NCBI GenBank assembly: GCA_001938485.1
Contig: MQRK01207995.1
Location: forward strand, 80,793-144,792
Source of the DNA: Girardia tigrina
Lineage: Eukaryota
Direction: 5' to 3'
Length of the DNA: 64,000 bases
Shown here: positions 28,801-43,091 of the stretch, piece after piece
Layout of the letters: every line of letters starts with the position of its first letter
How positions within the stretch are numbered: position 1 is the first letter of the stretch
The notes under the pieces: generated by a model
The model's input: only the letters and a program-made list of their open reading frames with translations
Databases searched by the model: none
What the model was told of the DNA's origin: nothing
Program-made: the position numbers and the translations under genes

Positions 28801-31800
28801 TTATCTTAAATATCTTTTATCCACATAATCTCTTCACTTGTGTATATTATTTTCAGATATATGAATTTTACGGACCTTCTTCAGATTCTACCATTACGAC
28901 AGGGCCATCTATTAAAAGAGAAATGAAGGAGCTTAATCTTGTTCACAAAAAAGTTTAAAAAAAAGTCAAGAAAACATAAAAACGCTACTAAAATAGGAAA
29001 GGATCTTAAGTTATCAGAAAATAAATCGGTGGGATGTACTGAACGGATGATTGAAGTCCAAGAGTGATAATGTCTAAGTGGACAGTTAGAAAGACAAGAA
29101 TAAGTACCAAACGAAGTGAAAAAAATAATATAAATTAAAATAATGTGAGTAAAAGAAATATAATCAAAATACATAATAAATTTAATTACAATAAATCTAT
29201 TTTCTAATATACTTAAAACTCTTACCTCTTGCTTTTCAAGTTTCTCCGCCGGTTTTTCTTCCATATTTATCGAATTATACATCACCACGACGTCGTCCAT
29301 CCAATTACTGAGACTCTTCAAGTGACCCTTAAAGACACCTAAAGATACTTTCTTTTCTTCCAAGAGAAACAGTTTTTCTTTGATCTCACTTTTAAGAATT
29401 ACTTGCGAGACTTCCAGTTTTTCAAGATCAATGAGCATTAATTTATGAATATTAGTTGCCAGTTCCAGTTGGGAGATTTTCTGACAGACCGACCGACACT
29501 CTGCAATACACTTATCTATTTCCAATAAATCATTTGAAAAACTATGATAAAATTCCATTTCATTTTCAAGATTAGAAATAAAAGTTGGCCGATTCAATTT
29601 CGATTTAATTTGATCATGTTTCTCACCAATTATTTTCATTTTTTCTCTGTTTGTTATAAGCATTTCTTGTATTAATCTTCCTTCATCCAACAACTTTTCC
29701 AACCCTTCCTTCATTTCACAAAGTTCTAATTTAACTTTGTTTTTCGTCAAATCCAACTCATTTGCTTCAGTAAAGTTCGATTGAAATGTTTTCTCAAATT
29801 CATCCATTACATTCAATTTGGAGTCTAATTCGAAATCCAAATTTTGAATTTCGTTGAGTTTTTTCTTGAAAAGATCGTCATTAGCATTCCATGGGGACGC
29901 TTTTATCAGCTTTCTTTTATCAGTTATCCAATTTTGAAGGGATTTAAGAAGCTTCTCTCCGTTCTCTATAGACTTGAATTCTTTGGTTTGCAAACCAATT
30001 TCATTATCGAGACTCCAGTTCAATTCTTTTATTCTTTCTGTTACTTCATTGTATTCTTTATTCAATTTGTCTTTTCCTTTCTCATTTGTTTCATTGTAAA
30101 CGACATCTTTGTCATTTTTCAGTCTTTTAACTTCCTTTTCAATATCTAATAACTTAGATTTCAACATTTTTGCTTTCTTTATGGCGTATTTTAGAGATTT
30201 TGTATTAATTTCTTCGACACTTTTTACGTCAACTGAATCCAGTGCCAATTTTATTTCAGAAATTTTGGTATCATAATCTTTATGTTGTTGAAAGATCTTT
30301 CGAATTCGAGGAATATTTTCCAAGTTTATTTTCCCAATTTGTTTGTGTTGTTGGTTGAGTTCGTGTACGTGATGTCGGTACTGGGTTCCCTTTAATTGGG
30401 TGGCGAGATTTTCGAGGTTTCGAATATTTATCTTGAATAATTCCAAATGCTCTTTGTTAGACTAAATTAAATGATTAAAAAATTAATTCTTAAAGGAATA
30501 TGAAAATAGATCAAATTGAAAAATTCAGTCACTTTCAAATTATTAAGAAATTATAAGTATTACATTAATAATTTAATATTGAAAATCACAATAAAAAATA
30601 AATTATCTATTAAAATTCCGACAAAAAACTCGAATTATACTTTAAAAGAATGTCCTTTGATTTTATAACTATTAAAATGTTCTCTGGACTGGTCGACATT
30701 GAGACATCGGGGATCGTATTGCGCCGTTGCCAAGTACGAGTAGTCGCCTGTTGTGGCGACGAACGTCGATTGCGCGATCTGATATTTTCGATAATCGGGA
30801 TCGACGGATTCCCGTTCGAATTCCATCGGCAAACGACCGATAACAAATCGATAAAACCAAGATGGATGATCCTGTTTTTCCGAGAATTTCTTCTCTGGCA
30901 TTTTTACATTTACCCAAACTAGGCGAAATGTCCAAATCGATCAATGTAATCAAGAGAATATTTTAATAAAATATTTACTAAAACCATATTGGATAGAAAT
31001 TAAAATGATTATTAATTATTTAAAAAATATTAATTTGATTTATTTATTAAAAATTGATTTTATAATATGTAAGGAACAAGCAATGTCAGTTTATAATCAT
31101 TAAAGAATATTGTACACAATTTTTCAAAATTTATTGTAATCAATTTCAGCGGATTACTCAGTGCTATAGTTAGACTAAATTAACATTATTTTTTAGAGCT
31201 TCCATATTATATAATCAATCATACCATAAAGGTTTTTTTTTAAAGTGTTTAACAGGAAAGTTGAGTGTGAGGCTTGAATATTAATTTTCGGATTCATCAA
31301 TCTTATTAACACAAAGGTTATTTTTGCCAACGATCCACAGACAAAAAATTGTAAAGATTTTGTTTTCGGATGGAAGATTGTTAAATTATCTATTAAAATT
31401 CCGACAAAAAACTCGAATTATACTTTAAAAGAATGTCCTTTGATTTTATAACTATTAAAATGTTCTCTGGACTGGTCGACATTGAGACATCGGGGATCAT
31501 ATTGCGCCGGATGGAAGATTGTTTACTCCTCCTTTAAACTGGGTATAATTGACAATCAACAGACGCTTGTAGCAAACATGAGAAATGAACTTGATACTTG
31601 GAGATTGATTAACATAAGATGCTGTTACTCTTGTTCTCCTTGTGGACATCAGACATGACAGTAATTAGATTGGCTTAATCATCACTTGTTGATATTTCCC
31701 GACGAATTCTATGATTATCATTTTTATTTTCCGCTTGATTATCCAAAATGTCCGCTCAGATTTTGACTGATTTCTTTTAATAATTTTAAAATTCTTGACA

Positions 31801-34800
31801 TCGTTATAATGTGCAGCGATTTAACTAGTTGAGTCTTCAAAAACCATTGGTTTTTATTAATTCTCATTTTACGACATTCTACAAGAGGACCCGTTTGATC
31901 TTGATGATTTATGATGAACTCTTTGTACACAATATATTCATAACCCACCGGCGCAGTCGTCTCTGGCAATTGACTGGTTATCTCGTTCAAAAAATTTTAA
32001 TGAAATACATCATAGCAATTCAATCGGATACTCTCGAGATTATTGATTCAACTGTGTCTCGCAAATATGGCAAATCAAATGGTAATCACGGTCTTCTAAC
32101 TCTTGTAGATACGATTTAACAATACATTTATCGTGATCTGTTATGAAAGAATACTAGTACACATTGACTTAATGTTCGAAACAGAACAATTTTTTTAATT
32201 ATTTATTTATTATTATTATTTTTATTCGATTATTTCTTTTAAAGTTTCTTCACAATTAGTCCTAAAATATTTTTGAGATTGTCTTTTGAAGAATGATCTG
32301 AATTTGAATGATGGTTTTTCAAGGAGTCCGAAAACAGATCATTTGTATTTTAGTTCTGAAATAACTCACTTGAACTTCTTTTTAACTTTTCGGTTTAAAT
32401 ATAGATGATTATGATCAGTAAAGATCTTTGAATTCCATAGTTTTAGATTACAAATAACAATCGATAATTGCGGATCCTGATAAAGGTCTCCTAAAATAGT
32501 TTTGATCAACTTTAAGATCCATTATCGATTATTAAAGAAAAAAAGTTAAAGAATACGGACATATATTTCATAAAGTAATGGTAAAATATTGGTTTTTGGC
32601 CAAAATGAAGTTAATTGTATTCTTTATAACATCCAAAACTGATTTGCGAACAATAGTTGTTCTCATTATATATTTATTGAAATAACCTTTTGATAAAAAG
32701 ATTATTTGAATTGAAGTTTTTAAATATTTTTTAAATATAAATAAATATTGTACATTGAATCAGCTATGAATTTTATGGCAATTGTCATGATTTAATAGGA
32801 AGTTTCGACAAATATTCAACTGACAACTGATTTATATTTAAGCAAATTGTAAAAAACAAGTGAGGAAATAGTTACTTTTTTCGAAGAACAAATCTATGGC
32901 TTTTCTTTTCTGATTTAAGTATTCTTTTTTCCAAGACAAGAAGTTACCATTTGTTACTGAGAATATTTTTTATTTCCGGTTGCCAGTTACGTACACATAA
33001 GAGGAACAAGTCTCTAAAATGTTACTTGTATTTTTTATTATTAATTGTAAAAACGTAGCTTATACAGTGATTCAATCAATGGAAAATTATAAGCTAGTTT
33101 TTACCAAAATTAAAATTATTACTTAGACTAGTTGAAAAATGAAGTCTATCAGTAAATATGTATGGTTATTTCAACAAGTGAAATGGTTAAACAAAATGTG
33201 TATGATAGATTATGTTTAATGATGATATATAACAGTGAAGAAACGTATAACAGATGATTTTAACAAATAAAGTTACTTCCAAAAAATTGTGTTTAATAGA
33301 CAGTTAGCGATAGAAAGGTTCGTAGAATTCACAATATATGAGATTTGACGGAATTGTCGAATAACTAATTTTTTTGAGCGACAATTATCAAACGATCTTC
33401 AGGAAATCAACAATTATTGATATAGATTGTTATTTGACTGATCATTGTATTAACGAGTCCAAAATAAGGAAAAAAATCCAAATAACGAAAGTAATTCCAA
33501 ATAATGAAAATAATTCTTTCTAATTATTTTTCTATTGATTTCTTGTCAATTATATATATACATAATTATATTTATACATAAATACACAGGAATAAGTAGG
33601 ATCACTACATTAATCATTTTAAAAATAGTAAATTATAATATCATCAGAATGTAAAATACACTTTAAAAATTGTAAACGAAACATTCTTCCTCTAGTCAAT
33701 TTTAACCATGATGTATCTTTTGTTATAAGACTTACGTGACTTTTTAAGACTACTTCCTAAATTGTATAAATAATAATTAATTTGAAGACTGAAATGAATA
33801 CTGTTCTTCAAAAATTTTATTGTTTCTATTTCAAATGTTGGAGACTTTTTTATTCTTTAGTGATGTATGAATTGGAATTTTTAATTTTTTTTAAAGTATT
33901 TAAATAATAAATTCATAATTAATTAAAAAAGAGAAAGTAATCTTTAAATAAACTAAACTTATTTATTTTTTGTATTTATTTTTTTACCCATGCTAAACAG
34001 TTTACCAATAAAAGTAAATAATGTTTCTTTTTTTCGGTGGGACAAACAAATAATTGAAAGAAAAATTAATTAAAGATTAATTCTTTTTTGTCTGAAATTA
34101 AATATTTGAATAATTAGAAATTATTAAATAAATGTTACAAAACAATTAATAATAATCAGGACAATGAACACACTAAGAATATTATCCATTCTTTAATGCT
34201 TTTGTTGTTGATTTTAGTGCTCTCTTTCGTAAATTTTTATATAAATTTAGACATTCTCATATCATTCTTTTTTCTTTCTTTCACTATTTTTAATAGTCTT
34301 TTGATTTCATATTATGGTCTTTTTCATGGGGACAAGTTGCTTCTCCTCCGAAAAAACATTTTGATGTAATTTAATACATCATAATTTAATGATTAAAAAA
34401 ACTTTAATTATATTATTTTATCAAATAAAAATTGAAATTGTTCAAATTTTGTCATTGAATATAATTTTTTTGTCACTTTTTAAAATTTTGTTATTCTAAA
34501 TTCATATTTTTTTCATTTTATATAAAGATTTTGTTCTTGAACATAATAATCGGAAGAGAAATAATCGGAGGAGAAACGTCGTAGGAGAACTTATACGTAC
34601 CCCTATTTCATTTATAAAAAGAGGTACACTAGGTCGCTAAATTATATGAAATATTATATTTTACAAGGATGTTGGATATTCAGCAATTCAAATCAATTGC
34701 ACGTTACTAATTGTATAGACTTGATGTAACTACGCTAATAGATCGATTTTCGTTGCCCCGATTTACAATGATTCGCTATTACGCTCTTTTCAACATTTTT

Positions 34801-37800
34801 TTTATAAATCAGTCAGAAGAAATCATTCGTTTTGTGCAACCGATGTGGCTAACGTCGGTATTTCAACATTATTTTGTAAAATCGTAAACAGAACAGGACA
34901 TAGCGCACACTTTGCTTGCGTGGTAGCATAATACCCTTTTTTATAATAAATTCATTTAGATATTTTCGAAAATTCATGAATGATGTTTTATCGTTACATT
35001 TTTTGACAAGTAAAATTATTTTTTCATTTAGTACATTATTACCTAAAAGGTTTTTATTCAAAATTATGCATTGATTCTATTAAGAACACCAATTTAACTT
35101 TTCATATTTTTATTTAAACAACAATTTTGATTGTCCTTAAGACAATCTTTGTCAAAGCTTTCGCACGATGGCATTATAAACTAAATTGATTAATGAATTA
35201 ATTCTTATTATTTTTTAGCAAATGGGGAAATAAATATTTTAATAAACTATTTACTAAAAACTTATTGGATAGAAATTAAAATGATTATTAATTATTTAAA
35301 AAATATTAATTTGATTTATTTATTAAAAATTGTAAAAACTAATTAACTTATTTAAAATTCTAAACACGCTCAAATATTATATTGAGCATGTTTAGATGAC
35401 ATAATAATCCATTGATGACATAATCACTGCTTGTCTATATAAGCAGATTTAAAATTCATTTTTTTCTTGAGACCTGGCGATGACGGTTATACCGTCGAAA
35501 TTAAATCCAATTGAGTGTGTTTAGATGACATAATAATCCATTGATGATATAATCATTGCTTGCCTATATAAGCAGATTTAAAATTTATTTAAAATTGTAA
35601 ACTTATTTGAAATTAAAAATAAATTTAAACATTACATATTTTTAGATAATAATAATTAAAATATTAATCATCCATCTGGGTAGGAGAGACACATTTCCAA
35701 ATCAACATACACATTCAAACACAAAACATCAAACATTCAAAATATTCCTCACAGATTCAAACAAGGGAAAATCCATTTCTTTTGAAACACAGTTGGAAGT
35801 GCTGCGTTGATTAAAAACTAGACAAAGGAAAATTGACATTAAAAATCCTTTGAATTTTTTTTGTAGATATTCATTTCGCCTATTTCAATTATTTAGTTAA
35901 TTCTTTTTCCTATAAAATTTTATAATTATTATAATTGTTTTTTAATTAAATTATTTTATATCAAAATAAGTTATGATTTTAAATTAAATATTTTCAATTG
36001 TGCTTTTATTTATTATTTATTTTATTTTTTTTTAATTTTTAAAGTAAATTTGGATTTTCTAAATATGTTATTTGGCGAAATGAAATTTTAACTAACTCCT
36101 TATAGTGTTTATTACTGAATCATATTTTAAAGATATAATTAAAGTCAAGTATTATAAAAAAATATTTCAGATAAAAGATCTTTACTGTTCCTCCATCTGT
36201 CAGTTCAAGAACACAAAGAATACATTTTTTCAACACGGATTTTTGTGAAAACATAAAATTTAAATACTGCATTTGTCGTCTTTGTATAACCCCTTATGTT
36301 ACGAACAAAGGGTATGAATATCCAAATAAAATGTATGAGTTGATTCACTCGACAAAAAAATAAATAAATTGTTTTATTTTAGTTTCTACATCAAAATACA
36401 AGATTCTTCATTTCCTGGTAATTTCCTTCCAATATGTAAAATTTAGTTAAAGTTACTTTGAAATACATATAAAAACCAAAATGTTTAAAATATTCATATT
36501 CATATAAATTTATTTAAATCAAGAACATGAGCAAATTTAAGTCGGATATAATTTATCATTTATTTTCTATTGGTAAGTTTTTACATTCATTATTCTGCAG
36601 GACTGAACAATTTGTGGGTCAAAATATCGAAACGATAAATCATAGTTCTCAGCGTTAATTATATTAATCTTCTAACAACCAGTGAAATCTCTAGCGAGCC
36701 CATGCCAACTTTGCGGTTTAATATTTTCGTTAAAGTATAACTTTTAGTGCTTAGTGATAAACAGTTTTATAAGTCACACTCTGATTTAGTAACTCGAAGA
36801 TTTCATAAAGTTTCTGCTTCCTAAGTTATAAAATGTGATATATATGAAGGCTCAAAGTTGGTTTAGGGTCGCTAACGAACCCGCTGTAGTTAGACGGTTA
36901 ATTAAACAAAAAAACATCTGTTTATTTCAAAAATATTGTTACATAAAATTGAAAAATTCAACTTACAATACACAAATTGTATTTTAGCTCTTTGTCATGG
37001 GCGTTTTCAGATCTGTTTGATTCCTCTTCAACCGATTTTTCCAACTGATATAAAACGTCTCGACTCTCTGACAATGTGTCATTCCATTCTGTTAGATTTC
37101 CATCACAAAATTTCCATTCTTCTTCAATTATTGAAAGCTGTTTATTCAACTGTTGAACATTCATTTGTATGGTATTTGTAATGGAACTTATGTCTTCTGG
37201 AAATATCCTATTATCGAAAATTGATTCAGCTACATTTAGACAACTGTTTTGATGTGCAAGAGTTTCTTCAATGCATCTTTCGAGATTCTTAAACAAAAGA
37301 TTTATATTTAGAATTTCTTAATAATTATGTATTACACAAAATTAGTTTAATTTATTATCAATTTAATTTTACAATATTTTTTTAAATGCAGAAAGAGCCA
37401 AAATTCAATGTACAAAGTTAAAAATTAATGCTTTGCAAAAAAATGTTTATTTTAAAAGATCTTTACAATTATATTTATTAAAATAATAACTTACAGATGT
37501 ATAAAATGCTATTGGTAAATATATCACGGTAGTGGTCTGACAATAACCCTCGTTTAACTATACCCGTTAAAACTTTAGGTCAACTGAAGTTAATACCGTA
37601 TTTTCCGGTAGATAACGCGCAGTTTTATAAGATTTATAATCCATTTTGATGTATAGATAACGCGCATAGCAGGCATGGTTATATACCTAAGAGGTGTACA
37701 TCATTATCACCAGTACAGGATTCACATGTTCATATTTTGACAAAATTTAACATTTTTGTATAGATAACGCGCGCTTTATCTACCGGAAAATACGGTAATT

Positions 37801-40800
37801 TGATTTGCTTTTAGTTCACATTTTATTAATGAGCTATTATTTGTTAACGGAATCGTTTCCAGCAGAGGTTACATTAAAGTGTTGTGTACTTTTTTCTTAC
37901 TTGTTTTAATAAACAAGGGTTCCAATGAAAGGCAACATTTAACATCTATGAATAATAGTGCCCCTTATTATTTTACTCTTCCAGTGCGCCTGTAAATTAA
38001 CTGTATCCTCCCTGATAAGTGAATTGGTCCTGTAGACCCCATGTTTCATAACAAATTTCATTTTCTTGTTGTTTTCAGTCTGCTTATATTATATTGTTTT
38101 TCATAACTTGAATAGATAGCAACAAATTAACAAAAAATTAGTGAGTGACCGAATGATGACGATTGATTCGTCAAAATATATTGTCTTACAAATATATTTT
38201 TAAATGAATCAGTTTTAGCCGTTTAGTGTTAACCTCATACATGTGGTCTCAGTTGTGTTTCACAGCATGTATGAGTAGTAGAGCATCCCGCGTGCCTGGT
38301 CTTGTAATCAATTTCTTTTGCAAAAATGGCAAAAATAATTTTTTGCTGTGGATAGATAAATAAAACACACGGAAAACCAAGTTCCGCACAATTAAAGAAA
38401 ATATAATTCGGGTCCAGGGCAATAATCTTCTCAAGTAAAAGTTTTCAAATAGAATTTTTTTGTCAGAATTTTACGCAATATTTTAATTTTTTAGAACACT
38501 TTATTTTTAATTTAAGGATTTATAAACTATTTCTTCTATTTTTTTAATTCGACATTAAAATATTTGTTAGTCATTACGGAAGGAGATGTTCCAAAACGGA
38601 AATCCTTTTAATAATTGAAAACTAAACGTATCTATTATTTATTCGTTAATCTTTCAAATTCATTCATGCTCATTAGCAATGGTAAATTTAGTTTTCATAA
38701 GGTATTTTACCAATAAAAGGATCAACATAAAATCAAAAAACTATAGTTAAAAATACTATTATAAAAGTTTTAATGTTTAAATTAATTTAATTTGCATTTA
38801 AAACATAAATATCTTGCAATTAATATTGTTCGGGAACTCCGAATTTTCAGTTTTTTTTCCATTTTTAGATCTTAAAAAGTTTTTTCGATCAAATTTTCAC
38901 ATAATTACGTTTTTGAATGAAAATAATTTTTGATTTGGTATTATTAACACTTTAACGGTAGATCTTACACAGTTAAACTTAACCAGGGATCGATATTATT
39001 CCATTCTTTTTATTAACTTACTTACCACAGATATATACATGTGTGTATCCATGGAATTTAGAAACTATATTTGAAGGATTTTTACTCAATCGATTTTCTT
39101 CAAACTTTGCACACTTATTCATTCTCTATGACAAATAAATGATGATGTGAAAATTTGATCAAAAAAACTTTTTAAGATCTAAAAATGGAAAAAAAACTGA
39201 AAATTCGGAGTTCCCGAACAATATTAATTGCAAGATATCTATTTATAAATTATAATTAGTTCATATTAATTTTTATTATGTTTTTTTAATTAAAATTTTT
39301 TAAATGTTAAATTTTTTAAATTATAAAAACTTTGTTGGCAAAGTAGAGTTCTGTTAGCATAAAGAATGGATATAAAAAATTTAATTTTTTGATTTACTAG
39401 TTTTAATTATAAGTTTGGAATCGTCCAGAAAATGAAGTACATAGAGTGTTACCGCTCAATAGCTGCAGGTGATAATATCATGCATGTGTTGTGTGATCGA
39501 CCTCTAACAGTTGTTCCGGCTATCATACACCTGCTGAGTGAGCGCCCATTTAAGTGTTAATATTAATGTAATTCTTGAATAGATAGCAACAAAATAACAA
39601 AAATTATTTATTAAAATTATCCTTATCTTTCATTTAAACAATAAAAATCCTAATTAATTAAATAAAATCTACCTTTGATGTTTTTTCAAGGTGCAAAAGA
39701 TAATTATTATCAATCGCGTCATGAGAATGACTTCCAACTTTGAAATGGTCGAGTTTTACTTTCGTTTCTCGTTTCAAATTATAGAGCTCTTCCATCACAT
39801 TTTCGTGAGTTTTGAGATTTTCTCTCAATTCGGCTTTATTTAGACCAATTCTTTGTCGAAATTCTTGAAGAGTCGTACAGATATCGTCCTTCATCTTCTT
39901 AACGGATAAGTCTTTGATGTCACTATCCATTTCAATCAAATTTTGTATATCTACGTTATTATGCTTCTCAATTTCCTAAAAAAATTTTTTTCATAATATA
40001 TGAAAAATTATTTTCTTAAATTAAAATTTCAAAATTGACTTGGATTTTGATTATCGATGTGAGAAATACTGTAGCATAACTCAAGTACTCATTTAAGAAG
40101 CAAAAGAAAGAAGAAATTATTGTCTACAAAAAAGACTGCCATAAAAGTGTATATGACCCAGTGAATGGTCCGCATTGTTATAAAAAAAGTTTTGAAGGGA
40201 TATACAGGGTGCGGCAGCTATTTGAGAACAAAATGACATAAAGTTCAAAAAATGAATATACAACAGAAAAATAACATTTATTACAATTTAAAATTTTACA
40301 TATATTAACACGTANNNNNNNNNNNNNNNNNNNNNNNNNNNNNNNNNNNNNNNNNNNNNNNNNNNNNNNNNNNNNNNNNNNNNNNNNNNNNNNNNNNNNN
40401 NNNNNNNNNNNNNNNNNNNNNNNNNNNNNNNNNNNNNNNNNNNNNNNNNNNNNNNNNNNNNNNNNNNNNNNNNNNNNNNNNNNNNNNNNNNNNNNNNNNN
40501 NNNNNNNNNNNNNNNNNNNNNNNNNNNNNNNNNNNNNNNNNNNNNNNNNNNNNNNNNNNNNNNNNNNNNNNNNNNNNNNNNNNNNNNNNNNNNNNNNNNN
40601 NNNNNNNNNNNNNNNNNNNNNNNNNNNNNNNNNNNNNNNNNNNNNNNNNNNNNNNNNNNNNNNNNNNNNNNNNNNNNNNNNNNNNNNNNNNNNNNNNNNN
40701 NNNNNNNNNNNNNNNNNNNNNNNNNNNNNNNNNNNNNNNNNNNNNNNNNNNNNNNNNNNNNNNNNNNNNNNNNNNNNNNNNNNNNNNNNNNNNNNNNNNN

Positions 40801-43046
40801 NNNNNNNNNNNNNNNNNNNNNNNNNNNNNNNNNNNNNNNNNNNNNNNNNNNNNNNNNNNNNNNNNNNNNNNNNNNNNNNNNNNNNNNNNNNNNNNNNNNN
40901 NNNNNNNNNNNNNNNNNNNNNNNNNNNNNNNNNNNNNNNNNNNNNNNNNNNNNNNNNNNNNNNNNNNNNNNNNNNNNNNNNNNNNNNNNNNNNNNNNNAC
41001 AAACTTGTTTCCGTTGCGAAGCTTCAGCCCCATCACCCTTCGCAGCTCCTAATTCTGTACGAACTTTAAAAACAAACGACCGGGCGACTTTCAAAAATGT
41101 AGCAATTTCTGAATCCGGTGTGTCCTGCAGCTAATGACACAATAACTGCATGCCTTTTCATTTGATTCGTAAGAGTAGCTTCTGCCATGTCTACCAGGAA
41201 AAATAAAATTATGTAATTATAACACACAAAAAGATATGGTGTCTATATTACGTGTTCTCAAATAGCTGCCGCACCCTGTAAAGTTCTGGTGGATTCAATG
41301 TGCCCAGATATGGGAGACCAAATTATCTAATAAAAGGAATTTATTGAATGAGAATAACTTACAAGTTTACTTCTAGTTAGATGGAATTTCATCTTATAAT
41401 ATGATATTCGCATGTATCAATGGCGATATCAGTCATTTATATATAATTCAACTAGTCCACATCGTCCTGCAGAGATGTCTTCAATATATAATGATATTAT
41501 TTGAAGGCATTTGAAGACCCTTGTGAATCAGTGATATACACGAAACATTTCACATAACACTACCAGTCATCAATTATTACAAGGGAATATGTTTGAAAAT
41601 ATTTTCCAAAGCATTTGCCATTGTGTAGTCCATATTATACAAATCAAAATGGTTTTTTGGAAAAAATAGTTATTTTTCCGAGATGAGGAAACCCATGGCA
41701 TATCATTTATATATATAAATGTATATAATGTTGGTCACAAGAACATAATTGTTATTAATCTTTTTGTAATTATTCGTGATTACAATATTTACGTTTACTA
41801 TATAAATACGATAAATATTTTGTCTCTGTGTCCAAGTTTTTTACATCAGATTTCCTCCAATTGTTTCCATTTCAAAGAGTAGAAATGTTATTTGAACAGA
41901 TATTAAAATGATATTACCTGGAAAATATAAATAAAATGTTATGATATTTCTTACAAAATTATTTTCTTTTTAAGATTCACAAGTGTAATTCAAAGGAATT
42001 ATGTGACTTGAAATATGCAAGGATGCGAATGACTGACTTCGCTCTATAGTTAGAGAACCTTGAGTTTATAAACTTGAGATTGTTAACTTTCAATATGGAT
42101 AGACCGGTGCTTTAGAGAATTTTTAGTTTGCTTTCCTGTTTTAGAAATTTTTACCAGTTTTCAGGAAAGGAGGATATGAAGCACTGCTTTAAACATAATA
42201 AGATTCTAATTGAATGACTTTTATCAATCAATCAAAACGGGAAACTAAAATTATTTTTTTACCATTTGCGTCATACGTTAGACTTATATTCATTCCCAAT
42301 TTGCTATTGTTGATGGAACTTTTTCCTTTTAGTGATTTAAATATTTATTTTATTTTTGTCTACGATTTCTTAAACATATTTGACTGAATATCCGTGAAAT
42401 TAATTTTGTTATGCAAAACCTTCATAAATGATTCAACTCATTTAAGAACTTCTGTCCCTAAAAAACAACTGAAATCATTTACTTTTTCATGATCTATTTT
42501 GCTACAGGAAATTAGAACTCTTAGTTTGAGGTTTAGTTTCTATGGTGTAAAGAAACAATAATCTAAATTCTTTAAACTGCTGGTTATTGAATGAGATTTC
42601 GTTCTTCTTTTCCTTTGTAAAAGTTATTTAAAACTTAATTTTAACGTGAGATTTGATTTCAAAAACAAAATGATGCTCTTACTACACAAAACTCTGATTA
42701 CGGAGCATTTAGCGACGATTTTTATGTGCCAAGCCGCTAAAACAAAATATTTGGAGGCATATTTGGTACGGCAGAAAACATGCAAAACAAGCAACGGAAA
42801 ATAATAATCATTTTGTCAATCTGCGCTCAACAACAAATACTATTTGTTACTTAAGACCAGATGAAACAAGTACAAATGAATACTTAATGCATGAAATCAT
42901 TTGTAAAATGGCGATTTCTTCTCGCTATTTAGGAGGATGTATTTAATTATCATTTGGCTGACAAACAATAAAATATTTATTTTAAAAAATGATAAAAATT
43001 TAATATTATAAAAAAATTTAATTAAATATTAAAATTAAAAAAATTA

Positions 43047-43091
<45 letters not shown>

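Noticed and set aside
40178-41094. Long ORFs containing X runs (also at ~22660, 56628, 59181, 62652)
   Set aside because: Read through assembly N-gaps.
41790-41917. Possible extra host exon after ttttccag
   Set aside because: Stops occur downstream of the acceptor, and the flanking exons already join in frame.
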